Origin: a virus
IMG/VR virus record: IMGVR_UViG_3300042945_001831
Location: 1 to 64,000 of that record
Length of the DNA: 64,000 bases
Reading direction: 5' to 3' (one strand)
Part shown: positions 57,736-64,000 of the stretch, piece by piece
Layout of the letters: the number at the start of each line of letters is the position of its first letter
Numbering within the stretch: the first letter of the stretch is position 1
Notes under the pieces: model-generated
The model's database searches: none
What the model was told of the DNA's origin: nothing
What the model saw: the letters and a program-made list of their open reading frames with translations, nothing else
Made by a program: the position numbers and the translations under genes

Positions 57736-58401
57736 ATGAAACTATCTGAATCTACTATTACTATTCTAAAAAACTTTGCTTCAATTAATCAGTCCATTCT
57801 GGTAAAAGAAGGTTCTAAACTTCGCACGATTTCGGTAATGAAAAATATTCTTGCCGAAGCAGAAATTAAAGAAAAGTTCACAAAAGATTTTGCGATTTAT
57901 GACCTTAATCAATTTCTAAATGGATTGGGACTACACCAGGATCCTGACCTTGATTTTGAAAATGACTCGCACGTTATTATTCGTGAAGGAAAACGTCGTG
58001 TAAAGTATTTCTTTGCTGATCCAGAAGTAATTGTTTCACCACCAGAAAAAGATATTGTCCTTCCTTCTCAAGATGTTTGTTTTCAACTAGAACATTCTCA
58101 ATTGGATAATTTGAAAAAAGCAGCAGCAGTTTATCAACTTCCAGATCTTTCTGCTATTGGTGAAGCAGGCGTAATTCGTTTGGTTGTTCGTGATAAGAAG
58201 AATGATACTTCTAACGAATACTCAATCGTTGTGGGTGAGACCGATAAAGAATTCGCTTTTAACTTCAAGGTTGAGAACATCAAGATCATTCCTGGATCTT
58301 ATGATGTGGTTGTGTCAGAAAAACTTCTGTCTAAATTCACAAATGAACGTTATAATTTGACTTATTATATTGCTCTTGAGCCAGATTCAACATTTAATTA
58401 A
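57736..58401 (+). CDS. gp45: sliding clamp gp45
   Basis: MKLSESTITILKNFASINQSI, FAIYDLNQFL, YYIALE. Confidence 0.95.
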   Translation: MKLSESTITILKNFASINQSILVKEGSKLRTISVMKNILAEAEIKEKFTKDFAIYDLNQFLNGLGLHQDPDLDFENDSHVIIREGKRRVKYFFADPEVIVSPPEKDIVLPSQDVCFQLEHSQLDNLKKAAAVYQLPDLSAIGEAGVIRLVVRDKKNDTSNEYSIVVGETDKEFAFNFKVENIKIIPGSYDVVVSEKLLSKFTNERYNLTYYIALEPDSTFN

Positions 58402-58444
58402 TTATCTTCGTATGCCGTCAAGAAAACCTGAATGGATTTAAGTG

Positions 58445-58663
58445 ATGGATAATAGTCATCCTGTTTGTAATTTATGTGGAGGTAAAGGATGTGAAAAGTG
58501 TCATAGTGGTTGGGAGTGTACTGGAGAAACCTGTAACAAATGTGCTATGGGTTGGGAATTGGGATTAGATAAATCAACCATTTCTCAAAAGAGTTCTGGA
58601 ATAACTCTTAGAACTGTGAATAATTTTGAAAAGACCGTTTGTGAATTAAATTATGACAAGTGA
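58445..58663 (+). CDS. small Cys-rich (zinc-finger-like) hypothetical protein
   Basis: CNLCGGKGCEKC...CTGETCNKC. Confidence 0.55.
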   Translation: MDNSHPVCNLCGGKGCEKCHSGWECTGETCNKCAMGWELGLDKSTISQKSSGITLRTVNNFEKTVCELNYDK

Positions 58664-59597
58664 ATTTCTTTTTGTGGAAAAGTACCGTCCTCAAGTGATT
58701 GAGGATTGTATTCTTCCTGATGATACTAAAAAAACATTCAAGGAGTTTGTAGAGAAGGGTGAGATCCCAAATCTCCTTCTTTCTGGACCTCCTGGTATTG
58801 GTAAAACTACAATCGCAAAAGCATTGTGTAATGAGTTGGGAGCAGATTATTATGTCATCAACGGATCTGACGAAGGACGTTTCCTGGATACTGTACGGAA
58901 CCAAGCGAAGAACTTCGCTTCGACCGTCTCACTTACGGGATCTTCTAAACACAAAGTCATCATCATCGATGAAGCAGATAACACGGGCAACGACGTTCAA
59001 CTCCTACTACGGGCAAATATTGAGACATTTTATAATAACTGCAGATTCATCTTCACCTGTAACTACAAGAACAAGATCATCGAACCCCTGCACTCCCGAT
59101 GTGCCGTCATCGACTTCACAATCAAAGGGAAACAAAAGGCACAACTTGCAGGAGCATTCTTCAAAAGAGTTCTTCAAATCCTTGATCAAGAAAGGATTGA
59201 ATATGATGAAAAGGTTGTTGTAGAACTTGTAACCAAACATTTTCCAGATTTTCGTCGTGTTCTCAACGAATGTCAAAGGTATTCTACTGGTGGGAAAATT
59301 GACACTGGAATTCTTGCATCCTTTTCTGATATTGCCGTAAATGATCTTATTCCTCACCTCAAAAATAAAAACTTTCCTGAAGTTAGAAAGTGGGTGGTCT
59401 CCAACTTGGACAACGATTCTGGTATCGTTCTTCGCAGGGTGTATGATGCCTGTTATGGTTGCCTTTCATCCCAATCTATCCCTGCTGCCGTTCTTATTAT
59501 TGCTAAGTATCAGTATCAGAATGCCTTTTGTGCAGACCAGGAGATTAATCTCCTAGCGGCATTGACTGAAATTATGTGTGAGTGTCAGTTCCAATGA
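58653..59597 (+). CDS. gp44: clamp loader large subunit gp44
   Basis: EKYRP, GPPGIGKTT, IIDEAD, LHSRC, FPDFRR. Confidence 0.96.
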   Translation: MTSEFLFVEKYRPQVIEDCILPDDTKKTFKEFVEKGEIPNLLLSGPPGIGKTTIAKALCNELGADYYVINGSDEGRFLDTVRNQAKNFASTVSLTGSSKHKVIIIDEADNTGNDVQLLLRANIETFYNNCRFIFTCNYKNKIIEPLHSRCAVIDFTIKGKQKAQLAGAFFKRVLQILDQERIEYDEKVVVELVTKHFPDFRRVLNECQRYSTGGKIDTGILASFSDIAVNDLIPHLKNKNFPEVRKWVVSNLDNDSGIVLRRVYDACYGCLSSQSIPAAVLIIAKYQYQNAFCADQEINLLAALTEIMCECQFQ

Positions 59598-59803
59598 ATC
59601 TATATAAAATCTCATATAAGAATCTAAAAGAAGAATCTATTAAAACAACTCCAGAAAATGTAAAGGAGGCAAATGAAGCACTTTTTTATTCTAAAATGAA
59701 TCTTCCACAGGCAGCAAAGCACTGTGGTATGACGCAGAAAGAAATGAAACTTACTTTTTTTGAATACCTTAAATATAATAAACCTGATTATGAAATCTCT
59801 TAA
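59594..59803 (+). CDS. small hypothetical protein, HTH-like
   Basis: ATGA overlap; MNLPQAAKHCGMTQKEMKLTF. Confidence 0.7.
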   Translation: MNLYKISYKNLKEESIKTTPENVKEANEALFYSKMNLPQAAKHCGMTQKEMKLTFFEYLKYNKPDYEIS

Positions 59804-60668
59804 GACCCCTTGCCGCTACCCCGGTGGTAAGAGTAGAGCGGTCACTAAAATGGACCAATACTTCCCAGATCTTCGCAACTATGATGAATTTCGTGAACCA
59901 TTTCTTGGTGGAGGATCAGTTGCAATTCACATTACAAAGAAATATCCATACCTTAAGATTTGGGTGAACGATCTGTATTCTCCACTTGTAAACTTCTGGC
60001 AGCAACTCCAGATGTTTGGGGATGATTTGAAGAATGAACTTAGTGGACTGAAGTTAGCATATTGTACACCAGAATTAGCAAGAGAATTATTTACAAAGTC
60101 AAAGGTACAAATCAATGATGAGTCTGAAACGAACCTTAATCGTGCTGTCGCTTTCTATATTGTTAACAAATGTTCTTTTAGTGGTCTTACCGAAAGTTCT
60201 TCTTTTTCTCCACAAGCATCAAATAGCAATTTTTCATTGATGGGTATTGAGAAACTCCCAGAGTATTCAAAGTTAATTGCTAATTGGCGTATAACTAATT
60301 ACTCCTATGATTATCTAATGGATGGAAACAAGAGTGCTTTTATGTATCTCGACCCTCCTTATGATATTAAGGATAATCTCTATGGGAATAAAGGATCAAT
60401 GCACAAAGGATTTGATCACGATAAGTTTGCTGCTGATTGCAATTCCAACAATATGGATATGTTGGTAAGTTATAATACTGATCAACTTGTCAAAGATCGT
60501 TTCTTAGGTGGAAAATGGAATGCTGCTGAGTTTGATTTGACTTATACAATGCGTTCTGTTGGTGAATATATGAGAGAGCAAAAACAACGTAAAGAACTGC
60601 TACTTTTTAATTATGGAATTGAAGGACTGGTTAAACTCGATCAATCAGACGAAGAACAACCTAATTGA
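59790..60668 (+). CDS. dam: DNA adenine methyltransferase (Dam/D12 class)
   Basis: RYPGGKS, EPFLGGGS, catalytic LDPPY. Confidence 0.9.
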   Translation: MKSLKTPCRYPGGKSRAVTKMDQYFPDLRNYDEFREPFLGGGSVAIHITKKYPYLKIWVNDLYSPLVNFWQQLQMFGDDLKNELSGLKLAYCTPELARELFTKSKVQINDESETNLNRAVAFYIVNKCSFSGLTESSSFSPQASNSNFSLMGIEKLPEYSKLIANWRITNYSYDYLMDGNKSAFMYLDPPYDIKDNLYGNKGSMHKGFDHDKFAADCNSNNMDMLVSYNTDQLVKDRFLGGKWNAAEFDLTYTMRSVGEYMREQKQRKELLLFNYGIEGLVKLDQSDEEQPN

Positions 60669-60993
60669 TGAAGATCCTTCACTTGAGAAGGAATATGCAC
60701 CATACATTATTAATCGTTGCCTCTCTGGGCATATTGATTGTATTATGTTTGCAAATGAAATGAATAAGTATAACTTTTTGCCAAAAAAATTACAATATGA
60801 TTTTTTTATAAATATCATTAGGAACAAGAAGAGATTTTCTCCTTGGATCAAAAAAGAAACAATTAAAGATCTTGATTATGTTAAAAATTACTATGGATAT
60901 AGTAATGAAAAAGCACAGCAAGCTTTAAAGATTCTATCTAAAGAACAAATCGACTTCATTAAATCTAAATTTGAAACTGGAGGAAAAAAATGA
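60613..60993 (+). CDS. gp62: clamp loader small subunit gp62
   Basis: YAPYIINRCLS, ANEMN, YYGYSNEKA. Confidence 0.92.
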   Translation: MELKDWLNSINQTKNNLIDEDPSLEKEYAPYIINRCLSGHIDCIMFANEMNKYNFLPKKLQYDFFINIIRNKKRFSPWIKKETIKDLDYVKNYYGYSNEKAQQALKILSKEQIDFIKSKFETGGKK

Positions 60994-61427
60994 TTGCTGA
61001 ACCTGAAGTAAAATGGTCTTCTGACCAAATGATTGAAGTATCTTTGAATGAGCCTGATGATTTTCTTAAGGTTCGTGAAACTTTAACTCGTATTGGAGTT
61101 GCTTCACGAAAAGAAAAAAAGATTTATCAGTCTTGTCATATTCTGCATAAACAGGGAAAGTATTTTATTGTTCATTTTAAAGAATTATTTGCACTTGATG
61201 GCAAACACGCAAATCTTACTTTAAATGACGTACAACGTAGAAATCGTATTGTACAGTTACTTTCTGATTGGGGACTAATAACTGTTATTTTTCCAGAAAA
61301 AGTTACTGATATTGCACCACTTAATCAGATTAAAGTTTTATCTTATAAAGATAAAGATGAATGGGAACTTGAAACCAAATATAATATTGGTAAGAAAAAA
61401 GTTAAATCGGAAGAGGAAACCGAATAA
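60990..61427 (+). CDS. regA: translational repressor RegA
   Basis: DDFLKVRETLTRIG, QSCHILHKQGKYFIVHFKELF. Confidence 0.96.
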   Translation: MIAEPEVKWSSDQMIEVSLNEPDDFLKVRETLTRIGVASRKEKKIYQSCHILHKQGKYFIVHFKELFALDGKHANLTLNDVQRRNRIVQLLSDWGLITVIFPEKVTDIAPLNQIKVLSYKDKDEWELETKYNIGKKKVKSEEETE

Positions 61428-61430
61428 AAA

Positions 61431-61458
61431 AAGACGGGTTTCCTACCCGTCTTTTTTT
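61431..61458 (+). terminator. intrinsic terminator (probably bidirectional)
   Basis: AAGACGGGT/ACCCGTCTT stem flanked by A and T runs. Confidence 0.85.
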
Positions 61459-61533
61459 ATGATTTCTTATAATTATATACGGATGCTGAAAAGGTCCACA
61501 AAACACAAACTCGCTTTTAAAGGAGCTACCATA

Positions 61534-61974
61534 ATGACTAATCTTGCAACATCGCGGTTTACTGCGTCTGATCTTCCTGCCTTGATGGACAGAATTACAC
61601 GCAATAGCATTGGAATGGACGAATATTTTGATCGTCTATTGAATCTTCATGAAACTTCAACTAATTATCCACCTTATAATCTAATTCAAATTAATACCGT
61701 TGAATCTCATCTGGAACTCGCACTAGCAGGATTCAAGAAAGAAGAGGTTAATGTTTTTACAGAATATGGAAAACTTTTTGTCGAAGGGCAAAAAGCAGAT
61801 GCTGAATCAGATAGGACGTTTATTCACAAGGGAGTAGCTAGTAGAAGTTTTAAACGAGTATGGACTTTATCAGATGACACAGAAGTACGTGAAGTTACAT
61901 TTGAAGACGGACTTTTACGAATCGTACTTGGAAAAATAGTACCAGAGCATCATACTCGTAAAGATTATCTCTAA
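61534..61974 (+). CDS. hsp20: small heat-shock protein Hsp20
   Basis: AAGGAG RBS; NYPPYNL, LALAGF, HKGVASRSF, FEDGLLRI. Confidence 0.93.
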   Translation: MTNLATSRFTASDLPALMDRITRNSIGMDEYFDRLLNLHETSTNYPPYNLIQINTVESHLELALAGFKKEEVNVFTEYGKLFVEGQKADAESDRTFIHKGVASRSFKRVWTLSDDTEVREVTFEDGLLRIVLGKIVPEHHTRKDYL

Positions 61975-62005
61975 ATAGAACTGAATATCGTCGTCGCTAT
62001 GCCAC

Positions 62006-62057
62006 GGGAGGTAACTGGCAAAATCCAGTTGACACCTCCCATTTTTATTGCTAAAAT
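62006..62057 (+). promoter_or_regulatory. terminator-like hairpin overlapping a sigma70 promoter
   Basis: GGGAGGT-AACTGG...CCAGTT-GAC-ACCTCCC stem plus T run; TTGACA (62029-62034)-17-TAAAAT (62052-62057). Confidence 0.7.
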
Positions 62058-62077
62058 TTTAAAAAAGGACATAAAAA

Positions 62078-62452
62078 ATGACTGTAAAGCTTGCATTATT
62101 GAAATCTGGTGAAGAAGTTATTTCTGATATTAAAGAATTTAGAGATCCTGATGATAATTTAGTTTCTTATCTTTTTAAAAGGCCACATTACGTTAAACTA
62201 TCTTCTTCTCAAGTATTAGTTGAGGGAGTAGAGCAAACAAAATATAATGCATCATTTTATAAATGGATGGCACTATCAAAGGATAATGATATTGTTGTTA
62301 ATTATGATTGGGTAGTTTGTATTGTTGAACCAATTGATGAAATTAAAAAATCTTATGAGGAGAAAATGAATGGAGCAGGAAATAGTGGAAACGGAATCGG
62401 AGATTCTGACACAAGTAATAGTCTTACTGAATCGGTCAATTTTGATCAGTAA
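62078..62452 (+). CDS. hypothetical protein
   Basis: MTVKLALLKSGEEVISDIKE, DWVVCIVEP; AAGGA RBS. Confidence 0.8.
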   Translation: MTVKLALLKSGEEVISDIKEFRDPDDNLVSYLFKRPHYVKLSSSQVLVEGVEQTKYNASFYKWMALSKDNDIVVNYDWVVCIVEPIDEIKKSYEEKMNGAGNSGNGIGDSDTSNSLTESVNFDQ

Positions 62453-62666
62453 GATTCAGGAAGTATTGGCTGATATTGGTCAACCAGACTGTAGACTTAT
62501 TTCTCCATATGAAATTGTAACCAGTGAATCTGGGGAAAAAACTCTAGTGAAGTGGTTAAACAATATTACAAATGATGTTGAAATTATGATTAGTTCAGAT
62601 AAAATTTTGACTCTCGTTGAGCCAAATGGAAAATTACTTGATGATTATCTAGAAGTTACAAAATGA
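62370..62666 (+). CDS. hypothetical protein upstream of gp43
   Basis: ADIGQPDCRLISPY, ISSDKILTLVEP; GAGGAG RBS; ATGA overlap with gp43. Confidence 0.75.
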   Translation: MEQEIVETESEILTQVIVLLNRSILISKIQEVLADIGQPDCRLISPYEIVTSESGEKTLVKWLNNITNDVEIMISSDKILTLVEPNGKLLDDYLEVTK

Positions 62667-64000
62667 GATTTTATACCAACGTCTATGAAAAATTTAATAA
62701 AATGTTGGTTCGTGGTTATGAGGACGGTAGGTATTTCCAATTAGAAGAAGAGTTTCAACCAACTCTTTATGTGACTTCTAAAAAACAAAGTAAATACAAA
62801 ACTCTTGATGGATTAAGTGTTGAACCAATTCAACCTGGAAAGATTTCTGATTGTAAGGAATTTTTAAAAAAATATGAAAATGTAGAAGGATTTACTGTTT
62901 ATGGTAATGATAATTACAAAGCACAATATATTTCTGAAACTTATCCAGAAGATGAAATTAAGTTTGATATTAAAAAAATTCGTCTCGTAACAATCGACAT
63001 TGAGGTTGCATCAGAGAATGGATTTCCAAATGTATTTGATTGTGCAGAAGAACTTCTAGCAATCACATTACAAAATTATTCAACAAAGAATATCATTTGT
63101 TTTGCTTCTCGTCCTTATGTTAATACTCGCAAAGATGTAGTATATGTCGAATGTAGAGATGAAATTGATTTAATTCAGCACTTTCTTGCATTTTGGGAAA
63201 GAGAAACTCCTGATGTGATTACAGGTTGGAACTGTGAGTTGTATGATATTCCTTATATTGCCGGAAGAATTGATAGAATTCTTGGCGAAAAAGAAGCACG
63301 TCGTCTTTCTCCTTGGGGAAATATTCACAAACGAGAACTTGTAATTAAGGGAAGGGATCAAATCTTTTATGAGGTTTCTGGAATATCGATTATTGATTAC
63401 CTTGACCTTTATAAGAAATTTACTTATAAAGCACAGGAATCTTATCGTCTAGACCATATTGCGAATGTGGAACTAGGTCAAAAAAAATTAGACCACTCTG
63501 AGTTTGAGACCTTTAAGGATTTTTATACAAAAGATTGGCAAAAATTTATTGATTATAATATTCGAGACGTAGAACTTGTAGATCAATTAGAAGACAAGAT
63601 GAAACTTATCGAACTATGTTTTACGATGGCTTATGACGCAAAAATAAATTTTAATGATGTGTTCTTTCAGGTAAGAACTTGGGATGCAATCATTTATAAC
63701 TATTTAAAAAAAAGAAACATTGTCATTCCTCCTAAAGATCGTTCGGAAAAGAGTGATAAATTTGCGGGGGCATATGTTAAGGAACCAAAACCTGGAAAGT
63801 ATGATTATGTAGTAAGTTTCGATTTGAATTCACTTTATCCGCATTTAATTATGCAATATAATATCTCACCAGAAACTTTGATTGATGCAAGACACCCAAG
63901 TGCAACAGTAGATAAAATTTTGAATAAAGAATTGGATCTTTCTGATTATAAAGACTATGCAGTATGCCCGAATGGTGCGATGTATCGTAAAGACGTTCGT
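62663..64000 (+). CDS. gp43: family B DNA polymerase gp43 (5' part; runs off the window)
   Basis: ATG 62663 MRFYTNV; ExoI DIEV, ExoII TGWNCELYDIPY, ExoIII YNIRDV, motif A SFDLNSLYPHLI. Confidence 0.96.
   Translation, partial: MRFYTNVYEKFNKMLVRGYEDGRYFQLEEEFQPTLYVTSKKQSKYKTLDGLSVEPIQPGKISDCKEFLKKYENVEGFTVYGNDNYKAQYISETYPEDEIKFDIKKIRLVTIDIEVASENGFPNVFDCAEELLAITLQNYSTKNIICFASRPYVNTRKDVVYVECRDEIDLIQHFLAFWERETPDVITGWNCELYDIPYIAGRIDRILGEKEARRLSPWGNIHKRELVIKGRDQIFYEVSGISIIDYLDLYKKFTYKAQESYRLDHIANVELGQKKLDHSEFETFKDFYTKDWQKFIDYNIRDVELVDQLEDKMKLIELCFTMAYDAKINFNDVFFQVRTWDAIIYNYLKKRNIVIPPKDRSEKSDKFAGAYVKEPKPGKYDYVVSFDLNSLYPHLIMQYNISPETLIDARHPSATVDKILNKELDLSDYKDYAVCPNGAMYRKDVR

Noticed and set aside
61312-61533. 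N-terminal extension of Hsp20 in the ORF track
   Set aside because: It overlaps regA and a terminator; the true start is ATG 61534 after AAGGAG.
13918-64000. Introns, inteins or frameshifts in core genes (gp17, gp20, gp23, uvsW, gp46, gp43)
   Set aside because: Frames are continuous and of ordinary length; no intein or group I intron signatures were seen by eye.
1-64000. tRNA/rRNA genes and photosynthesis genes
   Set aside because: No tRNA cloverleaf with a T-loop consensus in intergenic gaps and no psbA/hli-like ORF were seen; a tRNAscan-SE run would be needed for certainty.

Overview
A 64-kb segment of a T4-like myovirus, most likely a cyanophage given its gene order, hsp20, VrlC-like and gp7 architecture, and cyanobacterial-type DnaA boxes. 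All credible genes are on the + strand. Layout: (1) 1-8074 is a hypervariable early region of small, often acidic ORFs, including a GIY-YIG/NUMOD3 homing endonuclease, an SF2 helicase, an ArdA-like protein and a DUF2786 protein. It is divided into cassettes by a repeated 24-bp palindrome (TGTGCCAC-N8-STGGCACA) lying 28-30 bp before a sigma70 -10 box. (2) 8075-9246 is a ~1.2-kb non-coding region that looks like a composite replication origin. It holds an AT-rich tract, a leftward consensus promoter, seven perfect TTTTCCACA DnaA boxes, 13 co-oriented TTCGTY repeats, three longer direct repeats and C-tracts. (3) 9247-51467 is the virion module (gp25, gp6, gp7, gp8, VrlC-like, gp13-gp23, gp3) with T4 late promoters. 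(4) 51471-64000 carries replication, recombination and transcription genes (uvsY, uvsW, gp55, gp47, gp46, gp45, gp44, dam, gp62, regA, hsp20, 5' part of gp43). The most unusual signals are the host-oriC-like DnaA-box array, the operator-bounded early cassettes, a structured RNA leader at 5251-5337, a perfect antisense promoter upstream of gp55, a possible protease-processed head polyprotein and a possible NblA-like ORF. All assignments were made by eye from motifs and synteny; no database searches were run.
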